In this document: positions 37,257 to 45,417 of the stretch, one piece after another
Position numbering within the stretch: position 1 is the stretch's first letter
Layout of the letters: the number at the start of each line of letters is the position of its first letter
Source of the DNA: a virus
Direction: 5' to 3' (one strand)
Virus record (IMG/VR): IMGVR_UViG_3300042539_001764
Coordinates: 4,094-68,093 of that record
DNA: 64,000 nt
Notes under the pieces: model-generated
Database searches by the model: none
The model's input: only the letters and a program-made list of their open reading frames with translations
What the model was told of the DNA's origin: nothing
Position numbers and translations under genes: made by a program

Positions 37257-37491
37257 GGTACATGTGTACTTCTTGAAAATGAGAACCATTCTCAATAGTA
37301 CATTTGTACTATATAAGCAAAACTTATCATTCCGGGCCGAACGATAAGCTGGGCTTATCATATAAGCTCCCCTTATGGGACCCTCGCCCTCCCATAAGCT
37401 GGGCTTATCAGTGGTGCGGATAGTACGTCTGCACTTGTGCCAATCCGCAGGTGGCACACAGCCTCTCGTGATATTGAAAATCATTCTCAAT
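37257..37491. promoter_or_regulatory. Dense cluster of palindromic operator-like boxes (LexA-, Fur- and LysR-like)
   Basis: Ten boxes in 235 bp; listed in the findings. Confidence 0.7.
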
Positions 37492-37514
37492 AACGCGGCA
37501 TTGCGTCTTGCCCG

Positions 37515-37590
37515 TATCACGCTTGCGTTGTTTGCACTATCACGCTTGCGTTGTTTATCGTTCTGCGCTTGCGTTGTTTGCATTATCACA
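37515..37590 (+). repeat. Three direct repeats of CGCTTGCGTTGTTT
   Basis: Seen directly. Confidence 0.75.
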
Positions 37591-37882
37591 ATGCCGTTAT
37601 GCGATGGCCTGATTGCCTGATTGTTACGGATTGTTTCAACCGTTGACTTTTGGCGCGTCATGCTGTATTTCGCGCAGGTGTGCGCGTTTCGTTCTTTATT
37701 TGCTCGCATCTGGCTGTTTGTCGGTGCCCGTACCATCGCAGTCCCCATGGCGTCAAGGCAACGCCGCGTTATGGTGGCCGCTTTGCTAGGTGGCCACATT
37801 GGCGGGCCGTTGCGCGGTTTGGCGGTGGTATGCTTTGCACATCGGACGGAGAGATCCACCGATGCTCCCGCAATCCCCCATC

Positions 37883-38026
37883 ATGCGACTCTCACCTATC
37901 CCTGTTCTGCTGACTGCACTCGTTGTTGGCATTATCTGGGCAGATCGCGACGCTTCGGCTCGTTTCAACCGCTGCACTGAAACGCAATCCCTCGCGCACT
38001 GCCGTCTCGTATTCTACGGGCGCTGA
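37883..38026 (+). CDS. Small membrane protein
   Basis: MRLSPIPVLLTALVVGIIW...C...C..GR. Confidence 0.5.
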   Translation: MRLSPIPVLLTALVVGIIWADRDASARFNRCTETQSLAHCRLVFYGR

Positions 38027-38065
38027 TTCTCTCAAATATTCTGCAAACATTCTCACAAACAAACA

Positions 38066-38224
38066 ATGCAAAAGTACTTTCTAACCATTTCAGAACGCGC
38101 TGAAATTATTGATGAGGCCGTCGCCAATGATTGCGAGAATTCCGATTTTGAGCCCGTAACTTATCGCAAATTCTTGGAATCATTGAGCAACTCTGAACTA
38201 GTCAAACTCTGCTGCAATCCGTAG
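38066..38224 (+). CDS. Hypothetical acidic protein (52 aa)
   Basis: Manual translation ...YRKFLESLSNSELV. Confidence 0.5.
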   Translation: MQKYFLTISERAEIIDEAVANDCENSDFEPVTYRKFLESLSNSELVKLCCNP

Positions 38225-38265
38225 CCTTTTCAAACATTCCCGCAAACATTCCCTCTCCTAAAATC

Positions 38266-39177
38266 ATGCCTACCGTTCTGAATTCTCGCGCTAAGCTTCC
38301 CTCTGATTTGGCTTCAATGTCGCAACAATATAAGATCAGCTACCGTGATCTGCTGAGCGTTAATCCTAAGACTGAGAAAAGCAAGGTGCAAACATACATT
38401 CTGCACCTTGCGCCCGACAATACCAGCGGCGTTAATGTTTGCCCCGGTGCTGGCAATTGTCGCAAAATCTGTTTGCATTTTGCAGGCAATCCAGTTTATA
38501 TGACAAACAAACAGGCAGCCAGAATTCGCCGGACGCTAGCATTCGCCGCCGATAAACAGCGATTCGCCCGCCTCATTGTTTGCGCGATTCTCTCCAAGCT
38601 AAACAAACATTCAGGCGAACCTATTGCAATCCGTCTTAACGGTACGTCGGATATTGCGTGGGAGAATGTAGATTTTAACGTGACGCCAGAATTTGCTACA
38701 TTCTGCCGCACAAAATTTGGCTACTTTCTGCCAACGGGCACCCGCAATATTTTTGAAATTTTCAACAATATTCGCGCAAATTATGGGGCTGTGGTTATTT
38801 TCTATGACTACACAAAAATTAAGCGCAACTGGGAGGAATGTGCGCGGATTGGTTACCATCTCACCTTCAGTTTCGACGGATGGAAAAATCTCCAGAATCT
38901 TAAAATCTGCCGGGATGCTCTACGCGCTGGCGTTAATGTGGCGGCCGCGTTCAACCTTAAAAAGGGGCAAGAATTGCCCCATTATGTAGACTGTTCGCGT
39001 TTTGATTTCCTCCCTAGCGATAAAGTGACTGGGCGCGTGTTTGCCGTTCTGGATGGCGACCTGACAGATTTTCGCCCGTCAGATATAGGCGGCGGCCACA
39101 TCGTAGGCTTAAGGTTCAAGCTACCCCACGGCATTAACTACACTGACGCTGATAAAAAGGCGTTCTGCATCGCATGA
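38266..39177 (+). CDS. Gp88-family protein (Cys cluster, radical-SAM-like)
   Basis: LHLAP...CP....C...CL..AG; ARIRRT; IRLNGTSD; FYDYTK; YHLTFS; DGD..D.R; IVGL.FK. Confidence 0.75.
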   Translation: MPTVLNSRAKLPSDLASMSQQYKISYRDLLSVNPKTEKSKVQTYILHLAPDNTSGVNVCPGAGNCRKICLHFAGNPVYMTNKQAARIRRTLAFAADKQRFARLIVCAILSKLNKHSGEPIAIRLNGTSDIAWENVDFNVTPEFATFCRTKFGYFLPTGTRNIFEIFNNIRANYGAVVIFYDYTKIKRNWEECARIGYHLTFSFDGWKNLQNLKICRDALRAGVNVAAAFNLKKGQELPHYVDCSRFDFLPSDKVTGRVFAVLDGDLTDFRPSDIGGGHIVGLRFKLPHGINYTDADKKAFCIA

Positions 39178-39229
39178 TAAAGAGGGCGGCAATTGTCGCC
39201 CCGTTGTTTAAACATTCCCTTCTAAAATA

Positions 39230-39433
39230 ATGCAAACTTTCTACATTCCCTACACTGACGAATACGGCTTTAACTGTGAAATGGCCGTACATAGTGTAGA
39301 AGATGCTGAAGATCTTTTAGAAAGTTTCAACAATGCCCTAGAAAATGCTTCAATCAGTCGATCCTACATCCTACGTAGCATGATAGAAAGCCTGGAAGAT
39401 CAGCTCGCAAACTATAAAGAACTGCCAGACTAG
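39230..39433 (+). CDS. Hypothetical acidic protein
   Basis: 67 aa; shares the AAACATTCCCT leader seen upstream of 38266. Confidence 0.55.
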   Translation: MQTFYIPYTDEYGFNCEMAVHSVEDAEDLLESFNNALENASISRSYILRSMIESLEDQLANYKELPD

Positions 39434-39618
39434 CCTAGAAGCCCGCACAAGCCCGCACAAGCAAAGCCCGCTAGCACTCCCCCTAGCGGGCTTTTAACGT
39501 GCCATAAAAGCTCGCAGGATGGCCGCATGATGGGAGCCGATAGAGTCGGCAGAATCTAGAAAGTGCGGGAATCTAGGGAGCATCAGCATTGTTACAGTTT
39601 GAGACAATGCCGAAAATC

Positions 39619-39652
39619 ATTACAAAGTGTTAAAATTGTATCCGTTGCTACA
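39619..39652. promoter_or_regulatory. Adjacent HLR1-like repeat and NtcA-like box
   Basis: ATTACAAA-gt-GTTAAAAT (39619-39636), then TGTA-N8-TACA (39637-39652). Confidence 0.55.
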
Positions 39653-39779
39653 GAAACTGGGGGCAGGCTATGGTAGGGAGCAATAACACGGCAAAAACAA
39701 AACAGGGGGCTGCGGTATCTCCTCCGAAATGTGCGATCAAAAATCACCTACTTTTTTCGCCCTAGTATTTATACCTAGT

Positions 39780-40160
39780 CTAAAATTCCAAGCTATTAAC
39801 AATGGCTTCACCTACGGCTTTTGTTACTAGTTTTAGTTCTTCGTGAGAAGCATCATTTTTAATTCGATTAGCTTTATGACTAATAATCCATACATTTCCT
39901 TTGACGTAGCCTTTAGAAGGATCAATACGATCTAGGGAGGGGCTATTAGAAAGACTGACAGAACCAAGTCCGCGTCGAAGGGACCATTCTAGGGGGATAT
40001 TGAAGACTGGGCAATGAGAAGGGACAATAGAGCGAATATAGGCGAGATCAATATCGAAGGGAAGATTTTTATTTTTTGCTCTTTCTTTTGCTTTAGCCAC
40101 CATATCCTTTGTTTGACGCATCACTGGATTTTGACGATCGTACTGGTGGTCGTAATTCAT
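39780..40160 (-). CDS. HNH-like endonuclease
   Basis: AK.RA......F.I...P..CPV...SPSLDRIDP.KGYVKGNVWIIS.KAN..K. Confidence 0.8.
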   Translation of the reverse strand: MNYDHQYDRQNPVMRQTKDMVAKAKERAKNKNLPFDIDLAYIRSIVPSHCPVFNIPLEWSLRRGLGSVSLSNSPSLDRIDPSKGYVKGNVWIISHKANRIKNDASHEELKLVTKAVGEAIVNSLEF

Positions 40161-40785
40161 GATGTTGCAAGGGCTTGAGAAATATTAACGAGCAAAAGCT
40201 AGTCGTACTATGCCGAAGGCAAGTCGAAGACGCCGCCTGAGGCATCCTCAGGAGATCTCAGGCGATTAACTAAACCAATGGAGACGCCCCAAAGGCGTCG
40301 GAATGATGCGCTTATAAAAGCAAGAACAAGACAATTCGCACATTCTCCTTCCCATTGCTCTTAATGCCAGAAAGCGGCCCTTAAAGGGGCCGCTGCTCAG
40401 AAGATAAAAATAGAAACAAATGATTTTTAGCCTTTCCCGCAGCAAGCACACTTTCAGCGACTCATCGTGAGTGTGAGTCAACTCTTGATCTTCTGGCGCG
40501 GGCCTTTTATTTTTCGCCGCTTGTCTAGAACGCTCCGCCCTTTGGGGGCTTCGCTGGTCTAGCTCATCGCGGCTAGTTTAGCCTTTGTCAGTAGACGCTC
40601 CGTTCCTTTGGGGAACTCCGCTCGCTTGAGGCGCTGACTTGAGGAGCGTCGTCTAGCCAGGAAGCTGCTTTTGGCTGAAATCAGACAGCAGCTTCGCTTA
40701 CGTCTATCGTATCTAACGCTGTCGGGAGTGATTTTGTCCCTGTTGTCCCTATTCAGGTATAGTAAGGGCTTTCAGGCGAGCAGCC

Positions 40786-41481
40786 GTGGTTCAGCCCAAG
40801 CAAAAGAAGCGCAAAACAGAAGGCTGGGTGTATTTCGTGCAGTGGGCGAGCATGCCCTACCACGTCAAAATTGGCTTCTCCACATCGCCAGGAGAGCGTT
40901 TCGCATCGTTTCTCACGTCGTCACCGGACACGCTGATCGTCGTCAAGGCTTTTGAGGCCAATCGAGACGATGAGCAGGATTTGCATGAGCGTTTTGAGAA
41001 TTTTCGCCATGCAGGAGAATGGTTCCATCTTTCCATGGCAATCAAGAAATATCTTGAAAGCGAAGCGCCTTGCCAAACATTGGAGGCGAAAATTAAATTT
41101 GGCAACAGAAATGAAAGTCGCGTTCAATGGACCCCTATGCGGCCAGGATTAGCTCAGTCTCTTGAAAAGCTGCACCAAGAAAAACGCCTGCCTCGTTATG
41201 TGAAAAATGCTCGTACGTTTGTGCTATGGGCTATTGGCGACATTGAGGCTTGCGATTATTTCCCCACGTCAAATGCCATTATTCACCACGAAGCAAATCG
41301 TGATGTTTATCAGGCGAAAACCATTTACAACCAACTCATTGCGTTGGAAGAAGAGGGAATGATTGCGAAAAAGCCCGGCAAAACTTTTGCGTTGCTTCCG
41401 AAAGGTGAAAGTGAGCTTATCAAGACAGAAAAAGAAAACATGCAAAAACGCAAGAGCGCAAGAAGCTTAAGACTTGATTAA
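40786..41481 (+). CDS. GIY-YIG (T5orf172-like) nuclease with C-terminal winged helix
   Basis: VYFVQ...VKIGFS..P..R...E..LH..F...R..GEWF. Confidence 0.75.
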   Translation: MVQPKQKKRKTEGWVYFVQWASMPYHVKIGFSTSPGERFASFLTSSPDTLIVVKAFEANRDDEQDLHERFENFRHAGEWFHLSMAIKKYLESEAPCQTLEAKIKFGNRNESRVQWTPMRPGLAQSLEKLHQEKRLPRYVKNARTFVLWAIGDIEACDYFPTSNAIIHHEANRDVYQAKTIYNQLIALEEEGMIAKKPGKTFALLPKGESELIKTEKENMQKRKSARSLRLD

Positions 41482-41557
41482 AGGCGAAGATTGTATTAAA
41501 TGCTGCTTGTCATTTTGAAGAAAAGAACTAGCGTTAAATAATCTTCGCCAAAGTACC

Positions 41558-41749
41558 ATGTGGGGCCTTCCTGATCGCCAGCCATTCAACATTGGTCCAT
41601 ATAAATTGTGGCCTTGTTTCAGTAAGCCAGAGTTCCAATGGTTTGCTGCCATTGATGGCAGGCCTCATTACTTCCGCACAACGAACGATGCGAAGCTTTT
41701 CGTGAAAGATTTGCTAGCAATGGAGGATGAGGAGGGGCTGTGTGATTAA
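41558..41749 (+). CDS. Hypothetical protein
   Basis: 63 aa, aromatic-rich. Confidence 0.55.
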   Translation: MWGLPDRQPFNIGPYKLWPCFSKPEFQWFAAIDGRPHYFRTTNDAKLFVKDLLAMEDEEGLCD

Positions 41750-41835
41750 GGAAATCTTCCGCTTCTCCATTGTTCTCTTGCGCTAGCCTTCCTTCTGTTG
41801 ATTCTCGGCCCGCCTGAGCGGGCCTTTGTCGTCTC

Positions 41836-43281
41836 ATGAAGCTAAAGGAAAAGGCAAAATGTGAACCAATTGCCCGTACTGGGCGAGTGCAAGATTGGCT
41901 TGATAGTCCCGAAGGACGTTTGCCCGTAAGTTGCACTGTTTTTAACGTGGACGATTCAATGGAGGGCGAAGATGGCATTGAAGCGTCTTGGCGATTTGTC
42001 AGCCACGGTTTGCGCAATGGTGCGGGCGTCGCTGTTCATTTGTCTTCTTTGCGTCCGAGGGGCATGGAAAATGGCAAAGGCCTCGTGGCAAGCGGACCAG
42101 TAAGTTTTGGTAAGATTTATTCCACGCTTAATGAAATCCTTCGTCGCGGCGGTTTATACAAAAACGGAGCTGTAGTTCTTCATCTTGACTATACAAGTCC
42201 TGATGCGATGGAGTTTGTCAATGCATCGCGAAGCGAACTGCCTTGGGTGAAGCGTTGCTTAAATGTTGATGAAAATTTTCTTTCCGCATCGTCTCCTGAG
42301 CTAATTAATGCCTGTCTTCGTGCCATCTCTTCTGGCGATCTCTGGCTCAACAAAATTCGCTACAACAATCGTGGAGAACGCATCCGATCGAATGTCTGTT
42401 TGGAAGTTTATCTTCCGCATCGTGGCACTTGTCTTCTTCAGCACGTTAATTTGGGCGCATGCACGTTGGACAATGTGCAAGGAGCTTTTATTGAAGGCAT
42501 GAAGCAGCTTTGTGAGCTGCATCCCAATACTGGCGTTGGCGACACTGGGGAATATCTTTCTCCTTCCATTGATAAGCAAATTGGTTTGGGCGTGTTGGGC
42601 CTAGCTAATTTCCTTGCCATTCAAGGGATTAGCTACGAAGATTTTGGCAATGCACTAGAGGCTTATCAGGCAGAAGATCCTCGCGGTTGGAACGACTTCT
42701 GGAAAAACACGATTTCTGGCGAAGCCGTCTGGCAAATTGACCAGGGCATCCAGAAGGCTGCAGAAATTGCTCGTGAGCATGGCATGGAACGTGCTTTCTG
42801 CATTGCTCCCACTGCATCATGCTCCTATCGCTATCTAGACACCAGGGGCTTTACCACTGCTCCTGAAATTGCTCCTCCCATTGCTCGCACTGTAGATCGC
42901 GACAGCGGCACATTTGGCGTGGAGAGTTTTGACTATGGAGAAGTGGAGACTGCTGCAGAAGTGGGCTGGGACGCTTTTTATAAAGCTGCTAATGGTTTAG
43001 TACGGCTGTATCAACGCACTGGTCTTTTCCATGGTTATTCGTTTAATTCTTGGTCAGATGTGGTGAGTTACGACGAAGCCTTCCTGAAGGATTGGCTAGA
43101 CTCTCCTCAGACGAGCCTCTATTACAGCTTGCAAGTCCTGCCTGATACTCAGCGCAAGGACGATGCATATGCTGCGTTGGACGACGACTTTAAGAGCATG
43201 TTTGGTCTCAATGAAGAGACTGAGCAGGATTCTGCGTCTTGTTCGCTGGAGGCTGGATTCTGCGCCGCCTGTGCGGAGTGA
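41836..43281 (+). CDS. nrdA: Ribonucleotide reductase large subunit (minimal cyanophage type)
   Basis: PVSC, finger loop NVCLE, APTASCS, SLYY, C-terminal C..C; only 481 aa and no ATP cone. Confidence 0.92.
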   Translation: MKLKEKAKCEPIARTGRVQDWLDSPEGRLPVSCTVFNVDDSMEGEDGIEASWRFVSHGLRNGAGVAVHLSSLRPRGMENGKGLVASGPVSFGKIYSTLNEILRRGGLYKNGAVVLHLDYTSPDAMEFVNASRSELPWVKRCLNVDENFLSASSPELINACLRAISSGDLWLNKIRYNNRGERIRSNVCLEVYLPHRGTCLLQHVNLGACTLDNVQGAFIEGMKQLCELHPNTGVGDTGEYLSPSIDKQIGLGVLGLANFLAIQGISYEDFGNALEAYQAEDPRGWNDFWKNTISGEAVWQIDQGIQKAAEIAREHGMERAFCIAPTASCSYRYLDTRGFTTAPEIAPPIARTVDRDSGTFGVESFDYGEVETAAEVGWDAFYKAANGLVRLYQRTGLFHGYSFNSWSDVVSYDEAFLKDWLDSPQTSLYYSLQVLPDTQRKDDAYAALDDDFKSMFGLNEETEQDSASCSLEAGFCAACAE

Positions 43282-43288
43282 CAAAAAA

Positions 43289-43313
43289 AGAAGGGGCCGA
43301 AAGGCCCCTTTTC
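43289..43313. terminator. Hairpin between the RNR subunit genes
   Basis: AGAAGGGGCC-GAAA-GGCCCCTTTTC. Confidence 0.55.
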
Positions 43314-43344
43314 TCCTCAACACCCACTGAATGATAGTAAGACC

Positions 43345-44079
43345 ATGACGACGAAGAGCCCCTATCTGTCGATGATTGCTAAAAAACGGCCTTGGCAAGC
43401 CGTTGCCGTAGACAAGGGCATGGTGCAAGAAGGCAGTGAGGCTACGCTTGGCAAGCTGCTAGCTCTGCGCCATTTGGAACTGCCCGTAAAGGACTTCCTG
43501 GAGCAAGGCTTAGAGCGTGATCTGCCCTCCACTCCTGGCGTTGTAGAAGCTTTGCGGCATAACCAAGAGGATGAGCAGCGTCATGACCAGGCCCTTAATT
43601 ACATCGTCGCTGCCCATGGTGCCGATGAAAAGGCTGAAAAGGAAGTGGAAGGCATTTTGAAGGCATGGCAAGAGCATCCTGCCCATCCCATTTTGAAAGC
43701 TGCCATTTTGGAGCGCAGTATTTTCTTTGTGGTGTTGCCATTTTTCCGTTTCAACGGAGATATGGGCATTCGCACTGTGGCTGCCGACATTAGTCGCGAT
43801 GAAATCACCCACGTGGGCGTCCACAGCCTTGTGGCCAAGGAGCTTAATGAGAATGCTGGTCAGAGTCTGAATAAACTGCGCCGCGCCACTGCATTGTGGG
43901 CTTTTGATGCGCTGGGCATGAGCGAAAATAAATGGCTCAACAAGGATTTCTGGCTCAAGCAAAGCGATAGTTTGTTTGAGAAAGGAAAGGCCGATGGCTT
44001 AATTGAAACACAACGAAGCCGAGTCCCCGCGTTTTTCGAGACCGCCAATACTAATTTGCCTTCTTACGGCAAAGCTTGA
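43345..44079 (+). CDS. nrdB: Ribonucleotide reductase small subunit (ferritin-like)
   Basis: E, DE.RH, E, DE..H di-metal ligands; adjacent to the large subunit. Confidence 0.85.
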   Translation: MTTKSPYLSMIAKKRPWQAVAVDKGMVQEGSEATLGKLLALRHLELPVKDFLEQGLERDLPSTPGVVEALRHNQEDEQRHDQALNYIVAAHGADEKAEKEVEGILKAWQEHPAHPILKAAILERSIFFVVLPFFRFNGDMGIRTVAADISRDEITHVGVHSLVAKELNENAGQSLNKLRRATALWAFDALGMSENKWLNKDFWLKQSDSLFEKGKADGLIETQRSRVPAFFETANTNLPSYGKA

Positions 44080-44101
44080 CGCTATATTGTCAAGCGATAG
44101 A

Positions 44102-44224
44102 GCCTAAGCCTCTGAAGCGATTAGCGCTTGTTAATCGCTTCATGCTTAGGCCATCTGGCCCTGAAGTGTTGGCACACGTCATGCAGATAGCATGGAATAC
44201 TGGGTTCGATTCCCAGCAGCGCCT
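44102..44224 (+). ncRNA. Long hairpin followed by an atypical tRNA-like element (44157-44224)
   Basis: Cloverleaf with canonical T arm CTGGG-TTCGATT-CCCAG, 4-nt D loop and non-canonical anticodon loop CAGATAG. Confidence 0.6.
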
Positions 44225-44239
44225 TTTCTCCACTGAACC

Positions 44240-44794
44240 ATGGTCAACTGCTGGCTCACGTCAGACAATCATTTTGCGCACGACAAGGCCTATACGTTTT
44301 TAAGGTCTGATGGCGAGAAGCTGCGTCCATTTAAGGACGCAGAAGAAGGTGATGCGTTCATGGTGGAACAATGGAACAAGAAAGTAGGGCCAAAGGATCG
44401 CATCTATGTGCTTGGTGACGTGGCAATTGCCCGTCGCGGCCTGAAAATTCTGGAGCAACTCAATGGAAGGAAAGTATTAGTGAGGGGCAATCACGATATT
44501 TTCAAGCTGCAAGATTATGCGCAATATTTTGATGACATTCGTGGATGTTTTTACCACCATGAATTCATGATGAGCCACATTCCACTACATCCCGAATTGT
44601 TTGAACAAAGATTTAAAGGAAATATTCATGGTCATTTACATTCTCATAACGTAAAACTTCCTAACGGAAGCTTGGATAGGCGCTATTTTAATTGTTGTGT
44701 AGAACAACACAACTTTGCGCCTGTCCATTGGGACGAGGTGATGCAATATTTTTCCAATGACAGAGCGCAGAACGTTCAACACGCCCCTGCGTGA
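44240..44794 (+). CDS. Calcineurin-like metallophosphoesterase
   Basis: SDNHF.H, LGD, GNHD, SHIP, HGHLH. Confidence 0.88.
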   Translation: MVNCWLTSDNHFAHDKAYTFLRSDGEKLRPFKDAEEGDAFMVEQWNKKVGPKDRIYVLGDVAIARRGLKILEQLNGRKVLVRGNHDIFKLQDYAQYFDDIRGCFYHHEFMMSHIPLHPELFEQRFKGNIHGHLHSHNVKLPNGSLDRRYFNCCVEQHNFAPVHWDEVMQYFSNDRAQNVQHAPA

Positions 44795-44981
44795 GCCTCT
44801 CAATCCCATCATCTACCAATCTTTGCGAGCCATTGATTGGCACAATGCCCAATATTTCCTCACCATGGACCAGTGGCATCTTGAAAAAGCTGCCATCATT
44901 AGGCAGTATGTCAGCGAGCTGAAGGCCTGGATTTATGAGCAAGAAGAACGCATGGAGAATTTGGGCGAAGGCTCTGGGTGA
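44757..44981 (+). CDS. Hypothetical protein
   Basis: FNTP.REP.NP.I...L.AID.H motif. Confidence 0.6.
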   Translation: MTERRTFNTPLREPLNPIIYQSLRAIDWHNAQYFLTMDQWHLEKAAIIRQYVSELKAWIYEQEERMENLGEGSG

Positions 44982-45144
44982 GAAGGCGAGCAAGCATGAT
45001 CATGAAGCAGACAGAGTGGCTCTAATTCGCACTCTCATCTTTGCATCGTATTTAATCACCAACATTGCCATTGTTGCTAATGCAATTAGGCATTGGGAAA
45101 AAGAAAGGCCCGCCGAAGCGGGCCAATGTGCTCAGAACCAATGA
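44935..45144 (+). CDS. Small membrane protein
   Basis: WRIWAKALGEK....EADRVA.IRT...IRHW. Confidence 0.6.
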   Translation: MSKKNAWRIWAKALGEKASKHDHEADRVALIRTLIFASYLITNIAIVANAIRHWEKERPAEAGQCAQNQ

Positions 45145-45251
45145 GGCTTGGGCACGTAAGCAACGCCGCGATAGACGAGCGAAGCCATTTGTGCTTCACG
45201 CAGACGAGCTGCTTTCTCAAGCTGCTGCTTGATGAGGGCGAGAGGGTTCAT
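45132..45251 (-). CDS. DUF4278-type small protein (39 aa)
   Basis: MNPLALIK...LVYRGVAY; lies downstream of the riboswitch. Confidence 0.75.
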   Translation of the reverse strand: MNPLALIKQQLEKAARLREAQMASLVYRGVAYVPKPHWF

Positions 45252-45272
45252 GATAGTTCCCGATGATGCTGG

Positions 45273-45320
45273 CCCCGTTCCGTGCCAGCGAGTCATGCGC
45301 CCCTTACGGGGTGAACGTAC
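45273..45320 (-). promoter_or_regulatory. Glutamine-II (Downstream-peptide) riboswitch
   Basis: CGTTCA-CCCC-GTAA-GGGG-CGCA...CTG...GGAACGGG; extended -10 TGcTACACT just upstream. Confidence 0.8.
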
Positions 45321-45336
45321 CAACAGTGTAGCAAAG

Positions 45337-45410
45337 TACCCTCAGTGGGATTTGAACCCACACTGAAGCGATTTTAAGTCGCTTGCCTCTTCCGATTGGG
45401 CTACGAGGGC
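45337..45410 (-). tRNA. trnL: tRNA-Leu(UAA), short variable arm, CCA not encoded
   Basis: GCCCTCG/TGAGGGT-A acceptor; AGCGA-CT-TAA-AA-TCGCT anticodon arm; GTGGG-TTCAAAT-CCCAC T arm. Confidence 0.9.
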
Positions 45411-45417
45411 AGGTGAA

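Larger units (their letters stand above)
29014..37671 (+). promoter_or_regulatory. Family of 7 early promoters: 10-bp-period direct repeat, GGCC hairpin and -10 box
   Basis: Repeats start at 29014, 33744, 34583, 35067, 35545, 36623 and 37620. The -10 hexamer lies 28-29 nt after the repeat in six of seven. Confidence 0.8.

Noticed and set aside
37180-37600. Repeat clusters as a CRISPR array
   Set aside because: Units are short, degenerate and irregularly spaced, with no unique 30-40 bp spacers and no cas operon.
37224-37980. Long ORFs 37224-37859 (-), 37375-37620 and 37621-37980 (+)
   Set aside because: They span operator and repeat DNA and have atypical composition; likely spurious.
40266-40481. 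71-aa minus-strand ORF
   Set aside because: Lies in the hairpin-rich non-coding block and has no protein-like features.
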